Part shown: piece by piece, positions 25,225-38,342 of the stretch
Position numbering within the stretch: the first letter of the stretch is position 1
Layout: every line of letters starts with the position of its first letter
Origin: Octopus vulgaris
Lineage: Eukaryota
Assembly (NCBI GenBank): GCA_951406725.2
Contig: OX597836.1
Location: forward strand, 8,060,001 to 8,124,000
Length of the DNA: 64,000 nucleotides
Direction of reading: 5' to 3'
Translations under genes and position numbers: made by a program
The notes under the pieces: generated by a model
Database searches by the model: none
What the model was told of the DNA's origin: nothing
Seen by the model: only the letters and a program-made list of their open reading frames with translations

Positions 25225-25880
25225 CCGTTGAGAATCCCTCATCCGAAATTTCACGGAGCAGAAAGTGTTACAGGTGTCGGATTTTGGAATATCTTTTTAT
25301 ATTTGCTTTGGTATATGACCCCAGTCTAATCACATTATCCATTTATATTTTATAATATAGCTTATACATACATCTTGAATGTAGTTTTATATAATGCTTT
25401 AATTATATAAAAGCCGTCAGAAAGATAAGATATAAGTCTCCGCCTTCGAGATATATTTTGAATTAAAGATTACAGTACATGTACACCATTTGTGTTTGTA
25501 TTTTTTACGATACTGTACAAGTATTAGGTTTTATGTAAGATATAAAAACAAAGTATTGGGCATGATTACAAGTAAATAAAAAGAAAATTGACAACATCAG
25601 CACTTTAGTTCTAAATATGTTAAATAATGACGCTGGTCACGTTACGCTCATTCGGTAGGTGACATTTAGATCTCACGAAGAAATAACGCTTCGTGCTTAC
25701 TGTACAAAGCACAAAACATGACCCATGATCATTGCTTATAATCTCATCGCTGTACCTGGTGGAACTTTTCCAATACTTTGTGGAATTCACCTTTTGTAAC
25801 GTGTCATGTCAACTTTCTAAAAACTTTTGGATCTTGGAGGTTTTCGGATTTTGGTATTTCAGATAAGGGACTTTCAACTG
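25225..25880 (+). mobile_element. Tigger/pogo-type MITE (Tigger4/MER46-like termini)
   Basis: TIRs CCGTTGAGAATCCCTCATCCGAAAT / ATTTCAGATAAGGGACTTTCAACTG, left TA, subterminal cggattttgg repeats. Confidence 0.7.
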
Positions 25881-26009
25881 GATTGGGAAATGCACACACT
25901 CGACACAATTATAATGTCAGATTCTCTATTTTGGATCCTGGATCTCTAAAATCTCGCTGGAAGCATGTCTGAATGCTTTGAAAGATTCTTAGTCAGAGAC
26001 ATTATATCT

Positions 26010-28150
26010 TAGCCGTCAGGGCAACGGTCGTTGGCTGCTGGAATTTAATGGCAGCTAGCAACCCTAGGCAGTTTCTTGGGTGCCTGAACAACTGTTTAAG
26101 AACCGATCTCTTTACCTTACTCGGGAAAAGACTTCGAAATGTAACATCGAACTCTTCCATTCAGAGCAGCTCATGGACAGGAAATGGCACCTACCAAGAG
26201 ACTCCTTTTAGCAATAAATGAATGAATAAACAAACAAACACAAATATACGACTTAGACTATTCAAACACCAAAAAAATATAGACTGAAACACATCTGATG
26301 CTCCCGTGAGTCATTGATGGGATGATGTTTGCCTAACTTCCATATATATTGTGTTTATGAAGAGATCTTCTCTCTGACAAAACCACAGCGTCGTTATGAG
26401 AGCGGACTCTTAACGAAGTTGGGGAAGACTATGCCTCCTTCTGGAGCAAAGAAGGGGGCTATCTTGAGGGTAATCATCATGAAGATGACGTCAGTTTTAC
26501 TGTGAGACACAGGCTTCTGTCTAAACTGACTGAAATATCAATTAGCATGTTAATTTATACTTCCCTAGTTGAAAGCTGCCATGTCACCTTACTCTATTCC
26601 CGTGCACCACTCCTGCCGTTTGCTATTCAAGACAAACAGCACTTCTGTCAGTCATTAGATCAAGCACTGACTAAGATATCAAAATATGACATAGTCATCA
26701 TAATGAGAGATATTCATTTAAAAGCAGGAAGGAATTAAATAATCCTGGGATCGACTGGTCAAAGACCAGAGTGCTGGAAAAACTAAACTAACTGAGTCGT
26801 CAATTAGCATGTTAATTTATACTTCCCTAGCTGGAAGCTACGATGTCACCTTACTGAATACCTATGTACCATGCTTGCCGCTTGGTAATCAGGACAAAGA
26901 GTAATACTATTAGTCATTAGATCGCACTAAGATCTCAAACTGTGAAGGTCATCATAATGGTTTCAAATTATGGCACAAAGCCACTAGTTACATCGACCTC
27001 AGAGCCGATCTGGAACATATTTTATCGATCCTGAAAGGATGAAAGGCGAAGTTAGCACATTGGGAGAAATACCGCTAAACAATTTTTCCGACTCACTAAT
27101 GATTCTGACAGCTCACCGTTCCCTTGAAAGTCATCAAAATGGGTGATTTTAACATAAAGGTAGGAAAGAATTAAGTCATCTGCTGATAACTGAGGTCATC
27201 TTAACTCATCGAGTGATTGAAAACCATGGTGTTGGGAAAACTAAAAGCTATGGCCTCAGACTTTTTCCTCTGTGTGTATAACATGACCTCACTATTACAA
27301 ACATCGTCTTCTAAGACAAAGAAGGGTTCATGGATTTATTCCAAATCTAAAAGCTAGTGCTTCCTCGACTACAACCTGGTCCTATGGATAATTCTCAAAG
27401 ATGTTCTGGCAGCTCATCCATGTAATCAATGAAACTGTTCGTCAGACAAACCACTTCCAGGAACTTCTGTTACTCTGTAGCTGTCAAACTGAAAGCCTCA
27501 GAAGCACACTTGTTCCTGTGAGACTGTATGGATGATAAATGGCCGTTCATAAGTTTCACACTTTAAGATGTTATTGCTTTTGCTGTAGCCATTTGATACA
27601 ACACAAAAAATAATCACCAAAGCTGGTTCAGTAAGAACTCCAGCACAATCGCCAAGTTCTTGGATGACATGCACAACAGCTACAAAGCAATCCTGAACTG
27701 CCTACAATTTGAAAATAGTCAATGGTTGATTCTTCTCAGTAAGACTCAATCGAACCTTTGAAACTCGATCAATGTTGAGGGGCAAAAAAAAATTCAATTA
27801 GTTCATAAAAAGCAGATGCATGCAGGCAATCATGATGTGCACAATTTCGATTATGTAAATAAAGATCTTCTAATAATTTCCATTGTTTCAGACATTCTTC
27901 CATGCCACCGGTCAAGTTATCAGAAAGCATAACCTTACTTCAAGACCATTTAGCACACGCAGGAAGAGGAGCACCTCAAAACAGTTCCATAATCAGCATA
28001 AACTAGTGGATTCAGAAATCATTAGGGAATGGGGAGTATTTTGCAAAATGCTCACCATCTACCAACGTGACGAGCCACCGAAATTTTACTGAGGCTCATG
28101 CTGTCATTACAGCGTTGATAAACAAGAAATCTCCTTGAATGAAGAACATT
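26010..28150 (+). mobile_element. RTE-BovB-like LINE 5' remnant (AP endonuclease region), with an internal duplication and a SINE B insertion (~26960-27125)
   Basis: L.EVGEDYASFWS; HGVGKTKSYGLRLFPLCV*HDLTITNIVF; EPP.F...NKKSP. The segment caattagcatgttaatttatacttccctag is duplicated at ~26539 and ~26801. Confidence 0.8.
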
Positions 28151-28201
28151 TCAGTAAAAGAAAAATAGAGAGCTTGAAGATGATCGCTTAACTTTGTAAT
28201 G

Positions 28202-28253
<52 letters not shown>

Positions 28254-28344
28254 ACCTTGAACTGCAAGGTAAGCATTTAGTTTATAATTATATATATATA
28301 ACAAATGAGAGAAATAGAAAATGGAACTCACGGGATTCTTTATT

Positions 28345-28447
28345 AATCACAACGATCGTTTCGGCCCATTAATCCTTTTCACGGGTGAGATACTATACAA
28401 CTGGTATGGTGCATCCTTCGGTGCAGATGTGTCTCGTCAGGTGACTT
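28345..28447 (-). ncRNA. Type I hammerhead ribozyme motif with long stem-II insert (Penelope-type)
   Basis: AGTCAC-CTGACGA-G..~70 nt..C-GAAAC-GATC-GT-T|GTGATT: 6-bp stem I, palindromic AACGATCGTT stem III, followed by AATAAA. Confidence 0.6.
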
Positions 28448-29088
28448 TTTAAAATGTACCTTGCTCAAAATATATAATTATAATAAATATATATACATGT
28501 ATGTGTGTAGTATGTATATATGTACGTATGTATATTTGTATGTATGCATGCATGTATGTATGTATGTATGTATCCATGTATGTATGTATGTATGTATGTA
28601 CGTATGTATGTATGTATGTATGTGAGAAATAAAATGAAAGTACAGTGAATAAACGCTCCAAGCGGTCAAAACAACTTTATATCATTCCCAAATTATCATA
28701 AATCGAATATAAATACATATTAAAACAACAGGGCACCCAATGGTAAAATCCAAAAGTGTAAAATATACACACATACACGAATAAAAGGTGATAAACCTAA
28801 AAGGGTATTACGAGTGGAGTCGAATGAAAAAAAGTATATGGAATAAATTAATGCATAATAAAAAATACTAAAAATTTAAGGCAATGGAGCTAAATATAAA
28901 TATATAAATGTAAAAAATATAAATATAAAAATAAAGTATAAGGTAACCAGAAAAGAGTCCATTCAAGCCCATCTCTACGATCGCCTCGGTGTTACCTGAG
29001 CACTTCCAGCTGCTGTCCTATTTTTAATTTTACTCTTCGTTTTAACGAAATTGCTTTTCGGTTTAACGAAGTAATAAAATTATCTTCT

Positions 29089-29094
<6 letters not shown>

Positions 29095-29157
<63 letters not shown>

Positions 29158-29165
29158 GGATGGAT

Positions 29166-29229
<64 letters not shown>

Positions 29230-29265
29230 GTAGGTAGGTAGGTAGGTAGGTAGGTAGGTAGGTAG

Positions 29266-29346
<81 letters not shown>
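29095..29346. repeat. (TA)n-(GA)n-(GATA)n-(GGTA)n compound microsatellite
   Basis: Direct inspection. Confidence 0.95.
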
Positions 29347-29347
<1 letters not shown>

Positions 29348-29920
29348 GATGGATTGTACACGTTTTATTACATATCACTACAATTGTTTCAATACGTCAT
29401 TATCAACTGTTCATTGCTGAATGTTACATATGTTATAAACAACGTTACGTTGATATCACTCAGCCATAGTGGCATATGCATCACCTCGGTTGAGTAAAGT
29501 AAGACGCTCTATTATATCAGATTCTTATTTTCCACATTATGTCCCTACATCGAAATACTATTCTTAGCATTCTACATATAAAGAAATACAAATTACTAAA
29601 AAAAAACAGAAATAATAAAAATGAAAATAATGGAAGGAAATAAAACAAAGAACAAAGAATCAGCATATTTATTCAGCCCTAAACCACAATCTCATCATCG
29701 TCGGCTGGAATTGTAGAAAAAATAAGTATAAACATTTAAGAATAAGAATGTCATAAAAATGTAAACTTTATCAATTAACCATCTCTTATGCTTGTCAAGG
29801 TTCCACTTCAAAGAAATCCAATGACATAATTTCACTTCCTCAGCACTCACACACACATATGACAGTTGGTTTTGCGGGTTGAAAATGCACGTTATTAAAT
29901 CTTGTAACAGATTTATTAGA

Positions 29921-29962
29921 ATACCAAACCGGTTTCAACTAGTTTTTGTTTATCAATGGTAT
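29921..29962 (-). ncRNA. Degenerate minimal hammerhead motif
   Basis: ATACCA-TTGATAA-acaaaaactagtt-GAAAC-CG-GT-T|TGGTAT: perfect stem I and palindromic AACCGGTT, but two substitutions versus the CTGATGA core. Confidence 0.4.
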
Positions 29963-30654
29963 ATAAAAAAAAGTATAGGAGAGATTGAATGTAGAAGGAA
30001 AAGTTTAGAAAACATGCTTATAGGATCAAATATTCATACAAATTTCATAATTCAATAAATTTCACAGAAATAGACAGTAATATAAATTCAAATGTTCGAT
30101 GAATTTTCATAACAGCCATACATATTTGTGAGTTCAGTAATATTGAGTAATATTAGATACAATGAAGTTTTTAAAAGAGTAAGCAGGAAAAAAGAAAAGA
30201 AAGAAAAATGTTCTTTACAATTTCTATCATAGTGCACGAAGGCGGATTCTTCGTTGCTGGTTTTGCTAGTGAGAGCTTATACTGGTTTAAGCGAAAATTG
30301 CTGTGTATATATATATATAGGTTTTCAAGTTCTGATTGGTTGTAAATTTAATGACGTCACTTGTTTTTGTCCGCCTTTGGTCTAGTATTTCGCCTAGCTG
30401 ACTGCCTGAATATGTCACTTGTTTCTCGAACGTTCTGCTCACTTATTTTGGTTTGGCAGATGCAAATAATATCGACCATATAAATGACTTTATTTTCGAA
30501 ATGTCTAAGTCTCTGGACTGCATGAAATAAGATAAGAGAATTGCTGTGCTGATGATGCCTACTGAGGCAGGAACATGCGTTCACAACTGTCCTCTTATCT
30601 CCTGACAAAAAGCCTGACACTGTCTTTAATGGCTCGTTAAATGTTGTGTGTGTG

Positions 30655-30930
30655 AAGGTGCGTGGCCTACTGTTTAAGGTGTTGCACCCTAACCGCTAGG
30701 ACCGAACGGCGTATTGTGTTCTTGAGCAAAATACATCATTTCCCGTTGCTTCAGTCCACTTCAGCTGTAAATGGGTCGCCCCTGAGACGGACTAGCCTTC
30801 CGGTCAGGGAAAAAATTGCCCTGCTCGTCTTGCCAGTGGGGTGGCACCGTTCGGAAGCTAAAATTATGCATAGCTCATTGTGACCAACAGTGTATAACAA
30901 CATCCGATAGTCCAGTTGATCACGTGATAT
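30655..30930 (+). mobile_element. SINE family C (Nin/Deu-like core), tail variant 2
   Basis: aaggtgcgtggcct head, cagtccacttcagctgtaaatgggt core, tail ending gatcacgtgat. Confidence 0.65.
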
Positions 30931-31092
30931 TAATTTATAACTGATACTGTTTTTTCTATACACTGCAACAGTACAAGGAACATTGTCAGAATAAACGATT
31001 TAATACATGTACAAAGTGTGATATTGTAACTCACAACTACCAAATCCATCAATTACATGGAACTCACTTTATTTTTGTACAAGGCTCTATAG

Positions 31093-31671
31093 CAGGGTCT
31101 CTCAACCATTTTTTTTTTATCTATGGACCCCTTTAATTATTGTTTTATTCTGGTGAACTCCCATAGCCATGCAATGTTTAAAAACTATTTTGTTTTTCAC
31201 TCGTTCACTTGTGTAGGTTGAACTATGCTAAATGTTAGAGAAAGAAACCCAACTGTTTCTTGTAATACATACCAATTACATACTTCTAAATCTTTTCAGG
31301 GCCCTTAGAATAATATTGTGGACCCCCAATTTACTATTTTACTTGTGTGGATCCCCTTTGATAACTATTTTATTCTGGTGGATTCCCATAGACATTCGAT
31401 TTATAGAAACTAGTTTTACAGAAACTTCTTTCAAAATTCCTATTTCGTTCTCTTCACATTAACTTGTGTTGGTTGAACTATGTAAAATGTTAGAAAATTG
31501 CACCTAGTTGTTTCTTACAATGCACACCAATACATACATCTAAAGCAAAATTTTTTCAGAGGCCCTTGAAATACAACTGTGTACCTCCAATTTACTATTT
31601 TGTTTTGTGGACCTCCAAAAATCTTATATGGACCCTCAGGGGCCACATGGAACCCCGGTTGAGAACCATTA
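31093..31671 (+). mobile_element. hAT/Charlie-like MITE with internal tandem duplication
   Basis: TIR CAGGGTCTCTCAACC / GGTTGAGAACCATTA; 8-bp flanks CTCTATAG / TTCTGTAG. Confidence 0.8.
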
Positions 31672-31999
31672 TTCTGTAGTAACAAGACGACATCTCTTCT
31701 GAGTTCAGCTATATATTTTGTTAGAAGACAATACTATAAGAGGTAAGAGATTTTAAAGTATTGGTTCGAAAATATCGATGTGACTTTTTGTGTAGTACCG
31801 AGATTTGATAAGATTTTGTTTCACAATAGTGTAAAATATGTACTTAAGACACAATTTTCAAAGTATTGGTAGTTCGTGATTTTAGATTAAATTGCTGTTT
31901 TTATACTGCATAGCATTAGTGTTATGATGCCATGATTTTAGATTAAGTCGTCACTTTTACATAACTGTGGTTTGCATTAAAGCTGAATGTTAAGTTGTG

Positions 32000-32306
32000 A
32001 AGATGCGTGGCTTAGTGGTTAGGGAATTCGGCTGACGGTAATAAGAACGTAAGTTCGACTCCCGGCGGCGCAGTGATTCTCTGTGCAAGCTTTATTTCAC
32101 GTTGCTCCAGTACACTTAGCTGACAAAAATCAGTAATACCTGTATTTCAAAGGGCCAGCCTTGCCACACTCTGTGTCACGCTGAATCTCTCTGAGAACTA
32201 CGTTAAGGATACACGTGTCTGTGGAGTGCTCAGCCACTTGAATGTTAATTTCATAAGTTGATCGAATCAACTGGAACACTCGTCGTTATAACTGATAGAG
32301 TGCCAG
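32000..32306 (+). mobile_element. SINE family C, tail variant 1
   Basis: gcgtggcttagtggttagg A-box, gttcgactcc B-box; collinear with 54127-54445. Confidence 0.85.
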
Positions 32307-32402
32307 TTAAATATTTTAATTTTGTATCCGGTTATTAATTGTTAAGCTGCTGATATTCTAAGCTAATAAAGATACTAATGTCTTGAGCCCATAATTTTAG
32401 AT

Positions 32403-32741
32403 CAGTGGTTCTCAACCATTTTTTAGCTAGGGATCCCTTTCATTACTATTCTATTCCGGTGAATCCCTATAGCCATTCGGTGTTTAAAAACTAGATTTAT
32501 AGATGCTTCTTTCAAATTCCTATTTTGTTTGTTCACACATCAACTTGCGAAGGTTGAATTATATAGAATGTCAGAGAAAGAAACCAAACCGCTTCTTGCA
32601 GTAAATACACCAAAATCAAAAGTTTTCATGGACCCTTAAAATACCACTGGGAATCCCTAATTTACTATTTTGCTAGCGTGGACCCCCACAAAATCATACA
32701 TGGACCTAAATGGTCACACGGACCCTAGTTGAGAACAACTG
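32403..32741 (+). mobile_element. hAT/Charlie-like MITE
   Basis: TIR CAGTGGTTCTCAACC / AGTTGAGAACAACTG; TSD TTTTAGAT / TTTTAAAT. Confidence 0.85.
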
Positions 32742-33009
32742 TTTTAAATCAAGTTGTTATTTTTTCTACTTTGGTCCGATTTTAAATTATTACATTAGTG
32801 TCATGGTACATCGACTGCACTCAGGAAAATCTATTTCGATTGTACATGATGAGGATTCAATGAGGAAAGTTTTTGAAAACAAACATGAACTAATTACAAA
32901 ATTTATTGGTAGAGTCGGAAAAAGTCCAAGACGTTTGATGCATAAATCCCAGTCCTTTTACCAGTTTATACAATGTAATTGTTCAATAACATAATTTAGC
33001 AAGCAATTG

Positions 33010-33330
<321 letters not shown>

Positions 33331-34519
33331 CCTAAGCTAAAATTCATCAGTGATACACGTTTATGAATGCCTCAACATGGATATACAAGTTGAACAAATA
33401 CATTCACCAACCAGCTCTGTACGAACACGGGATGTTTCTTTCTTGGTGTGATCTAGTCGAGAAAAGCCAAGCACGCTCAACCAGATGGTTTAAAAATAAG
33501 ATGCAGCTATATCCCTCAAATGAGGAATCTTATAGCACACAAGCCAACTAAATTAGCTGAGGCTAACTGTCCATGCACAAATATAAACGTATTTCCTATT
33601 AACTAGTCGTGTAATACTGAACCGATTATAAATGAAGTAGAGATTACTGTTACAAAAATTGAACCCGAATATAGTAATTAAAAATTATATAGTTATGATG
33701 GAAGATAGATTTGTATATCATTACTTCAATCATATTTTTTCTTTAGACACATCGATACAGGAACTCAAAATCACTATCCAATTTGAAAGAATATTATATT
33801 GATTTTAAACTTTGAAAGATCATGATAGCGATTTTGATAGCAATTAGAAGAGCCTTCGGCGATACACGCCATATATGGATGGGATATGAAGATGCAGGTT
33901 ATGTATAATTGAAAAAAAGTGTCATAAATGCAAGAGCAGAGATTTCTTACAAATAAGTCGTTACTCGGATAAATAATTTCTAAAATATTAGAAATTCACA
34001 CAATCACCAAATTACATCGATCAACAATGAGTAATCACAATCTCGTTTGATTCTTTATTTCATACCACTTAAACTTCTATAATTATATGTGATAGTCAGA
34101 GCTTTATCTTCTAGTTTTACCCATTTCAATAAACTTCACCAACACAATATAACTTTCGAAACTCTCTATATTACTTTTAATGGTTGAAGGAGTTTTACTT
34201 AGTTTTATCTTTGTTCAGCATATCTCCGTTTCGGATTCATTTCAAATACAAACCAGTTAAAAACCGGAAAACCAAAACTTACAATTCATTCAACTGACAT
34301 ATATAATCAAGTATTATCAGCAACACTTCTTCCTCTTTTTCCGTACTTCACCTCATTTCATTTCCTTAATTTCATGCCCTTCAATTCAGATCCTTGAAGG
34401 CTACTACAATGAATATTTGACATAACATTTCATAACTAGTTTTCATTCTCCAACTTGCACCGAACATCATTTTGTATCTTGCAACACCGTGTAACATTTT
34501 ATAACACCTAATACTATGC

Positions 34520-34670
34520 AATGTCAGTTCAAATTCCGTCGAGGTCAACTTTGTATTTCATCCTTTCGTGGTCGATAGAATAAGTACCAGGTTGAACACA
34601 GGGGTCGACTTAATCGACTTAGCCCCTCCTCCAAGCCTGCTGGCCTTGTGCCAAAATTTGAAAACAATAT
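34520..34670 (+). mobile_element. SINE family B fragment
   Basis: gttcaaattccgtcgaggtcaactttg..tttcatcctttcgtggtcgata. Confidence 0.75.
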
Positions 34671-34771
34671 TATTAAATACCTAGTAAAACCATGTTAATC
34701 TTGCACCTTCACTGTTTATTATTCAGTTATCTCCTATATCACGTCACCTCGCACATCACGTGACCACCACA

Positions 34772-34818
<47 letters not shown>

Positions 34819-34920
34819 ATCACACACACACACCTTTTTATGTTTATCGTATTTTTTTCCTTTTTTCTTTTCTTAGTTTTCTTATTCAACTTAACTCATT
34901 TTCAGAGTTTAGAAAATCTG

Positions 34921-35340
34921 AAGGCGTGGCTGCATGGTAAGAAGCTTGCTTCCCAACCACATGGTTCCGGGTTCAGTCCCGTTGCGTGGCACCTTGGGCA
35001 AGTATCTTCTACTATAGCCCTTGGGCCGATCAAAGCCTTGTGAGTGGATTTGGTAGACGGAAACTGAAAGAAGCCCGTCGTATATATATATATATATATA
35101 TATATATGTAATATCTTTGTGTGTGTGTGTCATTATGTCTCTTTTTGTCTCCCCCATCACCGCTTGACAACCGGTGTTGGTGTGTTTACGTCGCCGTAAC
35201 TTAGCGGTTCAACAAATGAGACTGATAAAATAAGTACTAGGCTTAAAAAATAAGTTTCGGGTTCAATTTGTTCGACTAAAACCCCTCTAGGTGGTACTCC
35301 AGCATGGCTGCAGTCAAATGACTGAAACGTAAAAAAAAAA
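34921..35340 (+). mobile_element. Full-length tRNA-derived SINE family A
   Basis: A-box-like TGGCTGCATGG, B-box-like GGTTCAGTCCC, ccttgggcaag, internal (TA)/(TG), tail gactgaaacgtaaaa. More than ten copies in the window. Confidence 0.9.
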
Positions 35341-36477
35341 CAAACCAAAGACTACATACATACATACATACATACATACATACATACATACATACATACA
35401 TACACACACACATACATACACACATACATACATACATACATACATACATACTCACATCCATAAATCCCTCTATTTATGATTGTGGTGTGTGGGTGTGTAT
35501 AGTTAATATCGCACATTGTATCGCCGTAGTCACTTCTCTTGACTATTAAACCAAGTTTAATCATCCAATTCCCCTTTCTCCATCTCTGTTTCTTCTACTT
35601 CCCTCTCTTTCTCTCTGGTCTTCTCCGTTCGTTCGACCCATCTGTTCTCTTCTGTATTTGCTTCTCTAGTTTATCTCTCGTACAGTCGTCGTCATAGTCG
35701 TCGTGGCCGTACTAGTCACTGTTATTGTTTTTTTTCCTCTCCTTTCTCCTCTTTTCTACTTGACTCACACCTCCACTCAGTTCTTTCTCCGTTTTTTTTA
35801 TATTCACTTTCTTTTTCTCTTCCGCCCGTCCTGTAACCAAAATTCATTCCTGAATTACTCCCCCTCCCCCCTCTCTCTCTCCCTCTTTGGCTTTCTTTAT
35901 TCTGTATCTACAAATAGTGTTACATTCAGATCATTTTATACACACACACACTCACTCACACACACACTCACACACACACACACACACAAACAAACAAACA
36001 AACAAACAAACACACACATGGACGCATGCACACGTACACATACACACAACCGAAGCGCACATACATACGCTTATGAATACAAACGCTCATACATACGCAA
36101 TCATTCATTCACTCGCACATAAACACGCGGACACGAAGATACACACACACACACATATACACACACACACGCACACACACAAACATACATACATTTTCAT
36201 GCACATATACACGTATACATACGCGCACACATAATAATCAACACACGCGCGCGCACACACACACAACAACACACACACACTCAGAAGAATAAGCAGAAAT
36301 ACACATATCATAAACTGGTTGAACGAGAAAAGAGATGGACAAATTGCTTTGTCGTAGCTGAGTTCAAATCCAACCGAACTCGACATTGCTTTTCATCCTT
36401 AATGGGTCGGGAGCACAGGAGAAGCTTTAAAGAAGTAGCATTCATTATTGCTTCTCCCGAAGCGGCAAGCTGGAAGA

Positions 36478-36856
36478 ATAGGGGGATCTTTATCCTTTTT
36501 GACCGACAGATTTAAAAAAAAATTTTGTAACTAAACACTATCAGACTTCGAACACTGGTAGAATGTGTCATATAAAACATGTTTTACTCTTCGCATTTTT
36601 GAGAAAAACTTATATTTACGAAGATATTTCACCTTAAATTTCTCGTATTTTGGTAATTTCAACCAATCAATGACGTGTATTCAGCTGAATAAAATTACTG
36701 CTGTTGTTTGTCAACAAGAACATCCCGCGGTGTATATTTCGTGTGTCACTGTTATTTATGACAACCCTAACCCTAACTCTAAAACCTTAGCCCTAACCCT
36801 AACCCTAAAACCGTAACCCTAAAACCCCAACTCTAGCCCAAAACCCTAACCTAAAA
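36478..36856. repeat. Unclassified interspersed element ending in degenerate (CCCTAA)n telomere-like repeats (36763-36856)
   Basis: aaccctaaccctaactctaaaaccttagccctaaccctaaccctaa. Confidence 0.6.
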
Positions 36857-37019
36857 CGTCAGGTATGGCGATAGAGTTGTTGAAAGGATTGAGGGAGAGC
36901 GAAGTATGGAGGAAGTAGTATAATGAAAAGAAAAGGAAGAAAGGTGTAAGAGTCATGTGAAGAATCGACAAATTCTCAGAGATAATCCAATGGTGTAACA
37001 TAATCCTGATATATATATA

Positions 37020-37066
37020 CAGTAGTACCTCGGTTTACGAGCGCCTCCGATCACGAATAAATCATG

Positions 37067-37115
<49 letters not shown>

Positions 37116-37129
37116 TGATTGATTGATAT

Positions 37130-37215
<86 letters not shown>

Positions 37216-37350
37216 GTATAAAGGACGATTTATTCGTGATCGGAGGCGTTCGTAAACCGAGGTACTACTCTATTAAATGAATATGATAAAGACAGGAGAT
37301 AAAGTACGATTTATTCCTGATAAGAGTTGTTCGAAAACCGAGGTACTACT
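37020..37350. mobile_element. Tigger/pogo-type MITE with a microsatellite-only interior and an extra right TIR
   Basis: TA|CAGTAGTACCTCGGTTTACGAGCGCCTCCGATCACGAATAAATC, inverted at 37227-37269. Third, diverged TIR at ~37308-37350. Confidence 0.85.
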
Positions 37351-38007
37351 ATATGTATATATATATATGTTTACTGTATATATGAATTACCTATAAGGAT
37401 TCAATAAAATCTAGGCACTTCAATGCGTAGGACGCCAGAGATGGCTAAGTACGACAACATAAAGTTCACAGTGAGGTGAAGAGCAATAAAAGTATCAAGT
37501 ACTGGCAGGATACTGTAGATATGTAAGTACCAAATCTAATTTAAACTGAAGATCCGACTCTGGGGTTGGTTCTAGGCGTGGCATAGGTATAAAAAGAGAA
37601 CGAATGGCGTTCAAAACTTACACCATAAAAGTCAGGATGCATGATGAGAAGTAAATATTTATTTATTTAACAAACTGACGTACTTAGGGTTACGGCCGTT
37701 CTTCATGTAGTATTAATTTCAGTGTGGAAGAAATTATGCTCGGCATTACATACCACAAATATATATTCGCAAACCAGTGCGAATTAAGAAAGCCAGCTCA
37801 TTAGATCACCACAACATCATGGTTACACCAAGAACTGAACTCACATTCACTTGCAAATATATAATTGCATTGTATAATACCATGCATGCATATTAATGCA
37901 AACATATAAGCAATATTTCTTCCGTATTTCTTCCAATACTACGCGATGAGGGTTTCGAAACGGCCGTAATTCTAAGGATACTGTGTGATTAAATAAATTC
38001 TTACAGT

Positions 38008-38240
38008 GAAGGCGGTGAGCGGCAGTAACACTAGCACGCCGGGCAAAATGCGTAGCCGTATTTCGTCTGCCGTTACGTTCTGAGTTCAAATTCCGCCGAG
38101 GTCGACTTTGCCTTTCATCCTTTCGGGGTCGATAAATTAAGTACCAGTTACGCACTGGCGTCGATGTAATCGACTTAATCCGTTTGTCTGTCCTTGTTGG
38201 TCCCCTCTATGCTTAGCCCGTTGTGGGCAATAAAGAATTA
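38008..38240 (+). mobile_element. Near full-length SINE family B (Meta-domain-like central motif)
   Basis: aaggcggtgagc head, gagttcaaattcc B-box, gcctttcatcctttcggggtcgataaattaagtaccag. Confidence 0.85.
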
Positions 38241-38307
38241 AATAATTTCTTACAGCTGCAAGCTAATGAAGTTCATAACAATTCTTTTATTTCCCTTGGC
38301 GTCCCAA

Positions 38308-38342
<35 letters not shown>

